From an uncultured bacterium (GTDB taxonomy: Bacteria; Oederibacteriota; JAAXVQ01; JAUVAV01): DNA of 64,000 bases. The notes under the pieces are model-generated. The model did not search any database. It saw nothing but the letters and a program-made list of their open reading frames with translations, and was not told where the DNA came from. Made by a program: the position numbers and the translations under genes. The DNA lies in assembly GCA_964630235.1 (NCBI GenBank), contig CAZVUO010000001.1, positions 127,419 to 191,418 of the forward strand, written 5' to 3'. Numbering within the stretch: position 1 is the first letter of the stretch; each line of letters starts with the position of its first letter. Below, in pieces: positions 53,671 to 62,888 of the stretch.

Positions 53671-54041
53671 GGGGAGTAGTCCATAAGCCGAGTTCTGTCC
53701 CCCTTGCGGGGTGACGGTCATTTCTCTGGGACCAGCCTTGCGGCTGGCCTCTAGCGACCAACCCGAGGGCGCCGCGGGTCACGGTTTCCGGCGGCAGAAC
53801 CGCCGAAGCCCTCCTATTTGGTCTTGCTCCAAGTGGGGTTTGCCCTGCCACGCCGGTCACCCGGCGCGCGGTGAGCTCTTACCTCGCCTTTTCACCCTTA
53901 CCGCCCGCCTCGCGGCGGGAGGCGGTATGTTTTCTGTGGCACTTTCCTTCGCGTCGCCGCGACTGGGTGTTACCCAGCACTCTACCCTGGGAGCTCGGAC
54001 TTTCCTCCCCGGGCGCGAAGCCCGGAGCGACCGTCTGGACT
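53671..54041 (-). ncRNA. rnpB: RNase P RNA, bacterial type A
   Basis: Minus-strand sequence reads ...CGCCGGGAGUAGUCC(P1)...GGAGGAAAGUCCGAGCUCCCAGGGUAGAGUGCUGGGUAACACCCAGU...GCCACAGAAAACAUACCGCC...GGUAAGGGUGAAAAGGCGAGGUAAGAGCUCACC...ACAGAACUCGGCUUAUGGACUACUCCCC(P1). All universally conserved RNase P blocks are present and P1 closes. Confidence 0.9.
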
Positions 54042-54108
54042 ACTCCCGGCGATCGATTCGTCTTGGGAAGCGATCGCCATCACCTGCTCACCTTTCCCCT
54101 GCTCCAGC

Positions 54109-54702
54109 CTACTGGTTGAAATCCACCTTCGGCGGCTCCTGCGCGCCTTCCACCGCCTCGAACAGCGCGGCCTTCTCGAACTTGAAGATGCCGGCGATGA
54201 TGTTCTTCGGGAACACGCGGATGCTCTGGTTGAACTGCTTGACCAGTTCGTTGTAGCGCATCCGCTCCACCGCGATGCGGTTCTCCGTGCCCGCCAGCTC
54301 GTCCTGCAGTTGCCGGAAATTCTGGTCCGACTTGAGCTGCGGATAATTTTCCACGATCGCGAGCAGGCGCCCCAGGAACCCGCTCATCTCGTTGGCCGCC
54401 GTGATCTTGTCGCCCACGTTCTGGGCGCCGGCCAATTTGGACCGCGCGTTGGCCACGTTCTCGAAAATGCCTTTTTCCTGCTTGGCGTATCCCTTGACCG
54501 TGGACACCAGATTGGGTATCAGATCGTTGCGCCGCTGCAGCTGGTTTTCCACCTGGGACCAAGCGGCTTTCACCGACTCATCCAGGCGCACCAAACTGTT
54601 GTATCCGCCGATCACGTACAGCGTCACGCCGATCACCACCAGCACCACCACGACCACGATGATGCCCACCAAGGACAGCACTGCCAACCCCGTCTTCTCC
54701 AT
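54109..54702 (-). CDS. lemA: LemA-family membrane protein
   Basis: N-terminal TM then ...GGYNSLVRLDESVKAAWSQVENQLQRRNDLIPNLV...RMRYNELVKQFN... canonical LemA. Confidence 0.85.
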   Translation of the reverse strand: MEKTGLAVLSLVGIIVVVVVLVVIGVTLYVIGGYNSLVRLDESVKAAWSQVENQLQRRNDLIPNLVSTVKGYAKQEKGIFENVANARSKLAGAQNVGDKITAANEMSGFLGRLLAIVENYPQLKSDQNFRQLQDELAGTENRIAVERMRYNELVKQFNQSIRVFPKNIIAGIFKFEKAALFEAVEGAQEPPKVDFNQ

Positions 54703-54755
54703 CTCTCTTTCACCCTCCTCTATAGTCAGAATGCTTTCTCAACCGTTCTCTTTAC

Positions 54756-54875
54756 CAGCCTGCCTGAGGCCTTTCCTGAAGGCTTTTGCGAAAAAGACTC
54801 GTTTTGCTACTTTTTCGCAACAGAGGCCGCCCTCCCAAAGGCGGCCGTCCTGAAGGAAAGGCTTCAGGCAGGCTC
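54756..54875. promoter_or_regulatory. nested palindromic spacer between the TPM gene and lemA
   Basis: Outer ~27-bp imperfect IR (cagcctgcctgaggcctttcctgaagg / cctgaaggaaaggcttcaggcaggctc) enclosing a perfect 11-bp IR (ttgcgaaaaag/ctttttcgcaa) and a 7-bp stem (ggccgcc...ggcggcc). Confidence 0.5.
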
Positions 54876-54884
54876 ACTTCTGTC

Positions 54885-55706
54885 TTACCATCTTCCTCCC
54901 ACCCCTCCCCCTCCGCTAAACCCTCCGCCGAACCCTCCAAAACCGCCGCCTCTGAACCCTCCGCCGAAACCACCGCCGGACCCGTAAAAACCGCCGCCCA
55001 CGCCGGGCGGTCCCCACCCGGTCCCGGTTCCGCCCCGCCTGCGGATGTGATAATTCGCCCAGATGACAAACAACACGATCAGAACCGTGATCACCAACAG
55101 GGCGATCAGGGTGTCCCGCCGGTCATGGCGCGGCGTGCGGGCCGCGGCGCCCGTGAGTTGGACCCCGGCGTCTCTGGCAATGTCCTGGGCGATGACCCGG
55201 CCGATATTGGCGAGCCCCGCGCCGGTCTGGTTCTGCCGCAAGCGCGGAACGAGGTATTCGTCCCGGTAGCGGCCCAGCTTGCCGTCCGGCAGGATCCCTT
55301 CCAGGCCGTAACCCGTCAGGATCCGGATGCTCCGTTCTTTAAGCGCCAGCAGGATCAACAAGCCGTTGTTCTTGTCTTTCTGGCCGATCTTCCAGCGGTC
55401 GAAGACGGCCATGCCAAAGGAGAGGTCGTCGTAGGGGGCGATGCTGGGCATGATCACGAACACCAGCTGGGCCGTGGTCGCCTGCTCCAACGTTCTTGAA
55501 ATCTCCGTGAGCGTCGCCGTGTCGCCGGCGGAGAGCACGCCGGCATAATCGTTCACGTAGCCGCGCGGCTGGGGAACCGGAATATCCTCGGACGCGGCCC
55601 AGGCCGCGGCGGTCCCGGCAGCCAGCAGGCCGGCCAACAGCAGGAACTTCCAAGCGGCCGGCCTGGGATCGGCGAGGTTCCGCGGCCGCAGAGCCCCCGG
55701 TTTCAC
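54885..55706 (-). CDS. TPM-domain (YgcG-like) protein with C-terminal TM and Gly-rich tail
   Basis: Signal, TPM domain (...YVNDYAGVLSAGDTATLTEISRTLEQATTAQLVFVIM...), TM, then GGGFYGSGGGFGGGFRGGGFGGFGGGF tail. Start probably the GTG near 55706. Confidence 0.75.
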   Translation of the reverse strand: MKPGALRPRNLADPRPAAWKFLLLAGLLAAGTAAAWAASEDIPVPQPRGYVNDYAGVLSAGDTATLTEISRTLEQATTAQLVFVIMPSIAPYDDLSFGMAVFDRWKIGQKDKNNGLLILLALKERSIRILTGYGLEGILPDGKLGRYRDEYLVPRLRQNQTGAGLANIGRVIAQDIARDAGVQLTGAAARTPRHDRRDTLIALLVITVLIVLFVIWANYHIRRRGGTGTGWGPPGVGGGFYGSGGGFGGGFRGGGFGGFGGGFSGGGGVGGRW

Positions 55707-56092
55707 GCGGACCCCTCTCCCTTGTCCTTGAGCTGGCGCTCCACGTGCCGCAGCAGGCGTTCGGCCGTGCACGGTTTGACCAGGTAGTCGTCCGCGCCGC
55801 CGTCGGCGGCCATCCGCAAGGCATCCTGGTGGGAGAGCGCGCTTAAAAAGATCACCGGAATATGTTTGGTGCCCGGGTTCTCCTTGATGATCTGGCAGAC
55901 CTCGTAGCCGTTGACCCGCGGCAGCATGATGTCCAGGATAATGAGGTCCGGCCGTTCCCGCGACACGGCCTGCAGCGCCTCCCAGCCGCGCTGAAAAGTC
56001 TTCACGATATAGCCGCGGCTCTCCAGCACGTCCTTGAACAGTTCGACAATGCCGGGGTCGTCGTCCACGAGGATGATCCGTTTCCCGGCCAT
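55703..56092 (-). CDS. stand-alone response-regulator receiver domain (CheY-like)
   Basis: MAGKRIILVDDDPGIVELFKDVLESRGYIVKTF...DLIILDIMLP...DDYLVKP; Asp pocket and phospho-acceptor context present; 129 aa, no output domain. Confidence 0.85.
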   Translation of the reverse strand: MAGKRIILVDDDPGIVELFKDVLESRGYIVKTFQRGWEALQAVSRERPDLIILDIMLPRVNGYEVCQIIKENPGTKHIPVIFLSALSHQDALRMAADGGADDYLVKPCTAERLLRHVERQLKDKGEGSA

Positions 56093-56094
56093 GC

Positions 56095-57069
56095 CTAATC
56101 CCCTTTCAAGCCCAGCACGCTGCCTGGGCCGACATGATACCCGCAGGTGAAGGACTGGGCGGTCATCTGCTTGCGGTTCTCGCACTGCACGTGCAAGACC
56201 TGCAGGGTCGTGCCCCTGCCCGCGGCCACCAGCCAGCCTTCCTTGTGTTCCACTTCCAAAATGCTGCCAGGCGGCGTGCCGGGCGAAACCCGGCGGCTGC
56301 TCAGCCGGGTGGCGATGATCTTAAGCGTTTCACCGGCAACCTCGGTGTATGCGCCCGGCCAGGGCTGCAGGCCCCGGACCCGGTTGTGCAGTTCCCCGGC
56401 GGTTTGCGTCCAGTCCAACCGCCCGTCCTCGCGCGCGAGCCGGGGCGCCAGGGTCGCCAGGCTTTCGTCCTGCGGGATCCCGGCCCGCCCGCCTTCGCGG
56501 GCGAGAAGCTCCAGCGCCTGGGCCATGGCCGGCCCGCCCAGCCCCGCCAGCCGCGCGCTCAATTCCGCGGCCGTCTCGTCCGGGCCGATCCCGGTTTTCG
56601 CCTGGACCAGGATGTCGCCGCTGTCCACCCGTTCGGCCATGCGCTGAACCGTTACGCCGGTCTCGGTCTCGCCGCGGACGATCGCCCACTGGATGGGCGC
56701 GGCGCCGCGGTACTTGGGCAGGAGCGAGGCGTGCAAGTTCACCGCGCCCAGGGGCGGCAGCCCGAGGAGAGGCGCCTTGAGAATCTGTCCGTAGGCCGCC
56801 ACCACCAGCACGTCCGCGCCCAGTCCGGCCAGCTGCTCCACGACCGCCGGCTCGTTCACCTGCGCGGGCTGGAGGACCGGGGCGCCGAGCTCCAGCGCCG
56901 CCAGTTTGACGGGGCTCAGCACGGGCTGATACCCCCGCCCCTGCGGCTTGTCCGGCCCGGTCACGACCGCAACCACGGGAAATCCCGCCTGGCTGAGGTG
57001 GCGCAGCGTGGGAACTCCGAAATCAGGGGTGCCCATGAAAATCAGGCGCGGCCGCGGGGTGGTCGTCAT
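56095..57069 (-). CDS. fmt: methionyl-tRNA formyltransferase
   Basis: RLIFMGTPDFGVPTLRHL...VVTGPDKPQGRG... 324 aa. Confidence 0.93.
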   Translation of the reverse strand: MTTTPRPRLIFMGTPDFGVPTLRHLSQAGFPVVAVVTGPDKPQGRGYQPVLSPVKLAALELGAPVLQPAQVNEPAVVEQLAGLGADVLVVAAYGQILKAPLLGLPPLGAVNLHASLLPKYRGAAPIQWAIVRGETETGVTVQRMAERVDSGDILVQAKTGIGPDETAAELSARLAGLGGPAMAQALELLAREGGRAGIPQDESLATLAPRLAREDGRLDWTQTAGELHNRVRGLQPWPGAYTEVAGETLKIIATRLSSRRVSPGTPPGSILEVEHKEGWLVAAGRGTTLQVLHVQCENRKQMTAQSFTCGYHVGPGSVLGLKGD

Positions 57070-57075
57070 GCAGGT

Positions 57076-57621
57076 TTACAGCTTCGCGGCTTTGCGGCCG
57101 GCCAGCGCGGCTTTGGTGGCGCGGGCGATCTCCCGGAGCTGCCGGTTCAGTCCCACCCGGTGGACCAAGTTCATGCGTTCAATGAACACAATGCCGTCCA
57201 AATGATCCAGTTCGTGCTGAAACGCGCGGCCCAGCATGCCTGCCCCGCGGATTTGCACCGGGTTTCCGTTCAAGTCCATGCCCTGGATTTCCACTTCCGC
57301 CGGACGCTCGATCGGGCCGTAAATCTGCGGGAAAGACAAGCAGCCCTCATCCACGGTCTCTTTTTCCTTGCTGCGGAACGTGATCCGGGGATTCAGGATG
57401 GTATAATTTTTCGGCGGCCCGACTTTGGCCGGCACTTCCACCACGAACACCCGCTCCGCCACGCCCACCTGATTGGCCGCCAATCCCAGCCCGCCTTCGG
57501 CGCGCATGGTGTCGAGCATATCTTTCGCCAGCTGGCGGATCCGGTCATCCACCGTCCCGACCTCTTTGGCGCGGGTTTTCAGTACCGGGTGGCCCCACAT
57601 GCAAATCGGTAAAATAGCCAT
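57076..57621 (-). CDS. def: peptide deformylase
   Basis: MAILPICMWGHPVLKTRAKEV...GLAANQVG...EGCLSFP...HELDHLDG, all three PDF motifs. GAAGGAG RBS before the ATG at 57621. Confidence 0.93.
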   Translation of the reverse strand: MAILPICMWGHPVLKTRAKEVGTVDDRIRQLAKDMLDTMRAEGGLGLAANQVGVAERVFVVEVPAKVGPPKNYTILNPRITFRSKEKETVDEGCLSFPQIYGPIERPAEVEIQGMDLNGNPVQIRGAGMLGRAFQHELDHLDGIVFIERMNLVHRVGLNRQLREIARATKAALAGRKAAKL

Positions 57622-57707
57622 GTTCGGTTCTCCTTCAGCAGGGGACGTATTATATAACAATTCCGCGAGGGGTTGCAAGCTGGCATCCCGCGTTTCGGGG
57701 ATGCCGT

Positions 57708-59879
57708 TCACAGCATGTTCAGCGGGTCTACGTCTATGCTCAGGCGGGCCTGGGCCAGGGACTTGAATCCGGTCAGGGATTCCAGCGCCCGGGCCCGTCC
57801 TTGGGGGGTGCGGCATTTCAGCAGGATTTGAAAGCGGTTTTCGCCCGCGATCCGCTCGTGCACTGCCGGCGCCGGCCCCAGGAGGGAGTCTCCCGCGACC
57901 AGCGCGGGTTCCAGGCGCCGCGCCGCGGCTTGGGCGGTTTTCCAGGCCGGTTCAGGACGGCGGTGCCGGCAAACGACCAAGGCCAGGCGCGAGAACGGAG
58001 GGTAATCCAGGTCCCGGCGGTGTTCCTCTTCGCGCTCGTAAAACATCCGGTAGTCCTGGGCCCGGGCCAAATCCAGTACCGCGTGTTCAGGGTGAAAGGT
58101 TTGGGCCAGCACCAGGCCGGGCTGGCCGCCGCGTCCGGCCCGGCCCGCCACTTGCACCAGCAGTTGAAACGTGCGTTCTTCAGCCCGGAAATCCGGCAGC
58201 TGCAGGGCTGTATCCGCGGCAATGACGCCCACCAGGGTCACATTGGGAAACTCGATCCCCTTGGCCACCATCTGGGTGCCGATCAGCACGTCGGCTCCGC
58301 CTTCCCCGAACCGGCGGAGCGTGTCTTCCAGACTTCCCCGCCGCCGCACCGCATCCTGGTCCAGGCGGAGGAGGCGGGCTTTGGGAAAATAACGCTGAAT
58401 GTCGTCCTCCACCCGCTGCGTGCCCGATCCGGCGAGCTTCACGCACGCACTGCCGCAGCGCGGGCATGCGGGCCTGGCTGGATAGGTACGGCCGCAGCTG
58501 TGGCAATGGAGCCGGTCATCCCAGCGGTGGTAGACCAGGGAGACCGAACACGCCGCGCAGGTCAGGATATGGCCGCAGGCAGGACAGCGGACAATGGTCG
58601 CGAATCCCCGGCGGTTGAGAAACAGAATGCTCTGCTCGCCTTTGGCCAGCCGCTCTTCCAGGGCCGAGAGCAGGGCTTGCGAAAAGAGCGGCACCCTGGC
58701 CACGGGATTGGTCTCCCGGGTCATGTCCACCAGCCTGACCTCGGGCAGGGCTTTCCCGTCCACCCGGCCCGGCAGCGTCAGCAGGCAATAGCGGCCGCGC
58801 CGGGCATTGGCGTAAGACTCCACGGAAGGCGTGGCTGATCCCAAGAGCAGCACGGCTTTCGCAGCCTGACAGCGGACCGCGGCCACGTCGCGGGCGTGGT
58901 AGCGGGGCGCGTCCTCCTGCTTGTAGGCGGGCTCGTGCTCCTCGTCCACCACCACCAGGCCCAGACGCGCCACCGGCGCGAATACCGCGGACCGCGGTCC
59001 CAGCACCACCCGCGCCCGGCCCTGGCGGATGCGCCGCCACTCCCGGCTCCGGACCTTGGGCGGCAGGGCGGAATGCAGAACCGCCACCTGGCCGCCAAAA
59101 CGCGCCAAAATCCGGTCGCGTGTCTGCGGGGTCTGCGCGATCTCGGGCACGAGCACGATCGCGCTTGCGCCCCGCTCCAGGACGCGCGCAATGGCGCGCA
59201 GGTAGACTTCGGTCTTGCCGCTGCCGGTCACGCCGTGCAGGAGAAAAGCCGCATAGCCGCCGGCGGCCAGAGCCGGCTCCAGCTCTTCGAAGGCGCGTTT
59301 TTGGTCCGGCGTCAGGGCCAGGGCTGGCGCGGCCTTGTGGCTCGCGGCAGGTTCGGGTTCCACCGGCGCTTCCCGCCGTTCGCTCATGACCAGGCCGCGG
59401 CGGCGCAGGTCCGCAAGGGCGCGGCCGGCTGCCGGCGGCAGCCGGTCCAGCAGCGCCCGGCGGGGCAGCGGGCCCGCCTCCAGCCGCTGCCACAAGGCCA
59501 GCGCCTGCCCGCGAATGGGCGGCTTGGCGCCCGGAGACAGCGCCCGCGCGAACCACTCCTCGGCCGGAGCCGGGAGATAGGCCGGGACCATGGCCGCCAG
59601 GGCTTCGCCCCACGCGCACCGGTAGTAGGCGGCGATCCACCGCCCCAAGGACAGCAGCTCCCCGGTCAGCACCGGTTCCGGCTCCAGCACGCGCAGAATC
59701 GTTTTGATCTCCCGGACCGAACCTGGCGCCTGTTCCAGAACCGCGGTCACAATGCCCACGCCAATCCGGCGGCCCAGCGGAACCAGCACGCGGGCGCCGG
59801 GCACAACCAGCGTCTCGGCCGGAAAACGGTAGGTCAGGGGTTCAAGTCCTGGAATGGGCAGTGCGACATTGGCGAACAT
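57708..59879 (-). CDS. priA: primosomal protein N' (replication restart helicase)
   Basis: Walker A GVTGSGKTEVY, DEEH box, Cys-rich zinc-binding insertion (CPACGH...CHSCG...CPRCGS); 723 aa. Confidence 0.93.
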   Translation of the reverse strand: MFANVALPIPGLEPLTYRFPAETLVVPGARVLVPLGRRIGVGIVTAVLEQAPGSVREIKTILRVLEPEPVLTGELLSLGRWIAAYYRCAWGEALAAMVPAYLPAPAEEWFARALSPGAKPPIRGQALALWQRLEAGPLPRRALLDRLPPAAGRALADLRRRGLVMSERREAPVEPEPAASHKAAPALALTPDQKRAFEELEPALAAGGYAAFLLHGVTGSGKTEVYLRAIARVLERGASAIVLVPEIAQTPQTRDRILARFGGQVAVLHSALPPKVRSREWRRIRQGRARVVLGPRSAVFAPVARLGLVVVDEEHEPAYKQEDAPRYHARDVAAVRCQAAKAVLLLGSATPSVESYANARRGRYCLLTLPGRVDGKALPEVRLVDMTRETNPVARVPLFSQALLSALEERLAKGEQSILFLNRRGFATIVRCPACGHILTCAACSVSLVYHRWDDRLHCHSCGRTYPARPACPRCGSACVKLAGSGTQRVEDDIQRYFPKARLLRLDQDAVRRRGSLEDTLRRFGEGGADVLIGTQMVAKGIEFPNVTLVGVIAADTALQLPDFRAEERTFQLLVQVAGRAGRGGQPGLVLAQTFHPEHAVLDLARAQDYRMFYEREEEHRRDLDYPPFSRLALVVCRHRRPEPAWKTAQAAARRLEPALVAGDSLLGPAPAVHERIAGENRFQILLKCRTPQGRARALESLTGFKSLAQARLSIDVDPLNML

Positions 59880-59961
59880 AGGATGGTTTCCGCATTATGC
59901 GCCAGGCCGCAGGTCCTGGCAAGCCCCAAAACAGAGCGGACAGACCGCGGCCTTTGGCGGT

Positions 59962-59999
59962 AAAAAAAACAGCCAAGGCATCCGCGGATGCCTTGGCTG
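59962..59999 (-). terminator. rho-independent terminator of the outer-membrane protein gene (13-bp stem followed by T8 on the minus strand)
   Basis: cagccaaggcatc-cgcg-gatgccttggctg with aaaaaaaa on the plus strand, i.e. UUUUUUUU on the transcript. Confidence 0.75.
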
Positions 60000-60031
60000 T
60001 TCGTCTTTCGCAGAAAGATCGCGTCTGAAGC

Positions 60032-61355
60032 TTAGAACTTATAGCCGATGGACAGCGAGGCGTTCAGCCCCGTGTTCACCACGCCGCCGACCGTGAACGG
60101 CCCGTTGAACAGCAGGGTCTTGGAGATGACGGTTTCAATGACCGCCGCGTCGAAATTCAGCGACGCGCCGATCGCGGTCGCGATATAGGACCGCGCAATG
60201 TCATTGGTGGTATAGGTGGCGCCGGCCACGAGGTTGCTGGTGGAAGTGCCCTCGTGCGTAAAGCTCACGGAGCCGCGCAGGGCGAACCACTTCGCCAGGT
60301 TCCTCTCCGCCAGCAGCTTCAGCGACGGGAAATAGGTCAGAGAGGGGTTGGTCTTGGTGTTGTTGGCAGTGACCTGGGTTTCCACTTCTTCCGCGTATCC
60401 CCGGCTCATGAAGCCCAGCAGCAGGCCTGCCATGCTGTCCTGATCATGCAGCAAGGCGCCGACGCCGATGTACAGGTCGTTCCGTCCCAGCGTGTAGGAG
60501 AAATTATCCGCGCTGATCGAAGCATCCGGGTCAACCGTGGTCTTGCCGCCGTAATTGGCGTAGCCGACCAGCGCCACCGCGTCCACGCTCTTGTTCAAGG
60601 CCATGGCCAGGCGCGCATTGATGTCGAGGTTGAAAGCCGACATATCCGCCTTCTGGATGAGAGCGGGCGAATTGTAGCTGAATGCAAACGTGGGGAAATT
60701 CAAACCCAGATCCAAAGCCGCAGACATATTGCTCCCGAGCCCCATTTTCGCGCCCAGGCGGATTTCCATGTCCGTGATGGATTTGGACATGTCCGCGGAA
60801 GCCGGCACGCCAGGGGTCTCCTTGCCCTTGATCCCGTTGCCGATGGAATTGAAGGCCAATCCGGCTGAAAGGTCTTTGCCCAAGGACAACCCATAAAGGA
60901 ATCCCCAGGACCGCACGTCGGTCAGGTCCGTCAAGGTGGGATTGCCGTCAATGGGGCTGTTCAACTGGGACAGATCCGGCGCCAGCTGAGCGTTCAAGGC
61001 GTTGATGTTGCCGGTCTGGGTCAGGGTGCTGCGTTTCAGCATGCCGAAATTGCGCCCCACCTGGATGCCCAGCGCGCCGGGCAGGCCCAGTTTGTCCATG
61101 TCCACAAAAACGAAACCCGTGAAGAGGTCATTGGCCCCGGCCGTGCCTTCCAGGCCGAGCAGGCTGGTGTAGTCCAGCATGTAAGCCGGGTTGACGAAAG
61201 AATCCGCCGAATCCAATACCAGGCCCGCTGACTGGTTCTCGCCGACCACCATGTCCGCGCCGAGAACCTCCTTGCGCGCATCCATGGCCCAAACCGCCGA
61301 GGAACTGAAAACCGCCGCCACCATCAACAACCCGATCAGCTTCTTGTGTGCCATG
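60032..61355 (-). CDS. outer-membrane beta-barrel protein (porin-like), C-terminal Phe
   Basis: Signal MAHKKLIGLLMVAAVFSSSAVWA; alternating amphipathic beta-strands; ends ...LSIGYKF. GGAGG RBS before the ATG at 61355. Confidence 0.7.
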
Positions 61356-61701
61356 CAATTGCCTCCTTGTGGGGTGTGATAATAATATTTAGGTTGAATT
61401 ATAGCAAATTTTAGAATTTTGCAAGTGTTTTCTTTCGCTTTGGTGAATTCGGTTAGTTCCACAACAAGCTCAAGTAGGTACTAATCAAAGATGCCGTTTG
61501 GGAAGGGAAAATGTTCGTAAAACTTATTTTTTCAAGAAAAACCTGTATGTCAGCAGGCGATATAGCTCAAGGAATCAGGGTCAGCAAACCAGGCTGCAAC
61601 GCCAATCCACAGTGCCGGTTTCTTGTTTTAATTAGGCATCTGAACCAGACGCGGACGGTTTCTTGGTCTCGATTTAAGCAACAAGGCGACTAACTTGACG
61701 C

Positions 61702-62787
61702 TTATTGTCCTTCAGGTCCAATTTTAATCTTATCAATCTGCATGCCCATATCCGCGACGCCCCCGCTTTCCAGGACCATAATAATACTGAAGATGCGCGA
61801 CCCTGTCCAAGGATTGGTGGCGTTAATGTCAATATCCTTATGAACGCCCTTCCCAAGGTTGCGGGCGATTTCTTTGCGATCTCCGCTCGGATTGCCTCCG
61901 ACGTATTCTTGAAGATAGAAAATATTCCCAGGAGTATAGGGAACCGTATCAATATCCCTGACCACAACGCTTAAAAAATGGTGTGCGTCGAAGTTCAAAG
62001 TCAAATTGTTGTTTGATTCAACCTCACAGTATACAGGATTCGTTGCCACTGTTTCGATGCGTGCTGATCCCGTGCCGCTGGTAGTCATCCTGGAATTCAC
62101 GGTTTGCCACCAGCCGCCCGGCGGCTCTAGGACCGTAGTCTCCTCAAAATCCTCGCTATAGGCCGTGGTATCTCCATTATAAAGGGTGATTTCATCAAAG
62201 CGTGTGCCCAGATTGCTGGTGGTGCTTTCAATGGTGATTTGAATGGCAAAAGTTTTTGTTCCACTCCAGGGATTCGTGGTATTAATGTCTATGCCGTCAT
62301 GAATGCCTTCCCCAAGGTTCCTGGCGATTTCCTTTGGAGAACCCACGGGAGTGCCGCCCGAATATTCCTGCAAGACGATAATATTCCCAACAGAATCCGT
62401 TTGCGTGATAATGACCCGAAGATAGTGGTTATCCGAAAAATCCAGCGTCAAATCGTTGTTCGACGCCACCATGCCATAAGGTTTTAGGCCGGCATTGGTC
62501 ACAACCACTTTCGCCGATCCCAGACCATCCGCGCGTATGTTCGCGTTATCTACGTCCCACCAGCCTCCTGGCGGATTGGTAGGATTGGCATCATCTTCGA
62601 AATATTCGTTGTAGGAGGGCGCGATCGTCCCGCTATCCAAAAAGGTCACGGTAATATTAAAAGAAAGGTCCGTGGCGGCGAAGAGCTGGCTCATGGCCAG
62701 GGTGGCCAGGGCGGCTAAAATGAACACCCCACCCATGAAATTGACGGATTTTATGCGTTTTGGCGATTCCGGAAACAAAGACAACAC
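61702..62787 (-). CDS. secreted protein built from two tandem ~150-aa homologous modules (unknown family)
   Basis: Signal peptide. Module 1 ...PPGGWWDVDNANI...LTLDFSDNHYLRVIITQTDSVGNIIVLQEYSGGTPVGSPKEIARNLGEGIHDGIDINTTNPWSGTKTFAI... Module 2 ...PPGGWWQTVNSRM...LTLNFDAHHFLSVVVRDIDTV..NIFYLQEYVGGNPSGDRKEIARNLGKGVHKDIDINATNPWTGSRIFSI... Start GTG 62787 or ATG 62736. Confidence 0.6.
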   Translation of the reverse strand: MLSLFPESPKRIKSVNFMGGVFILAALATLAMSQLFAATDLSFNITVTFLDSGTIAPSYNEYFEDDANPTNPPGGWWDVDNANIRADGLGSAKVVVTNAGLKPYGMVASNNDLTLDFSDNHYLRVIITQTDSVGNIIVLQEYSGGTPVGSPKEIARNLGEGIHDGIDINTTNPWSGTKTFAIQITIESTTSNLGTRFDEITLYNGDTTAYSEDFEETTVLEPPGGWWQTVNSRMTTSGTGSARIETVATNPVYCEVESNNNLTLNFDAHHFLSVVVRDIDTVPYTPGNIFYLQEYVGGNPSGDRKEIARNLGKGVHKDIDINATNPWTGSRIFSIIMVLESGGVADMGMQIDKIKIGPEGQ

Positions 62788-62888
62788 CTCGCTTCAGTGC
62801 CTGAAAGTAATTATTATATAATACTTAGACTCGCCAAACGACCGGGAATTTCAAGAAAAAATGATTTTTTCAGGGGAGGCGTCGTGTT

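Noticed and set aside
53711-54256. 181-aa plus-strand ORF, plus ORFs 53540-53860 (minus strand) and 53871-54119
   Set aside because: They overlap the RNase P RNA gene. The region is explained by rnpB on the minus strand.
61511-61693. 60-aa plus-strand ORF in the spacer between the outer-membrane protein gene and the duplicated-module gene
   Set aside because: No RBS, no homology, and it sits in an AT-rich probable promoter region for the upstream minus-strand gene.
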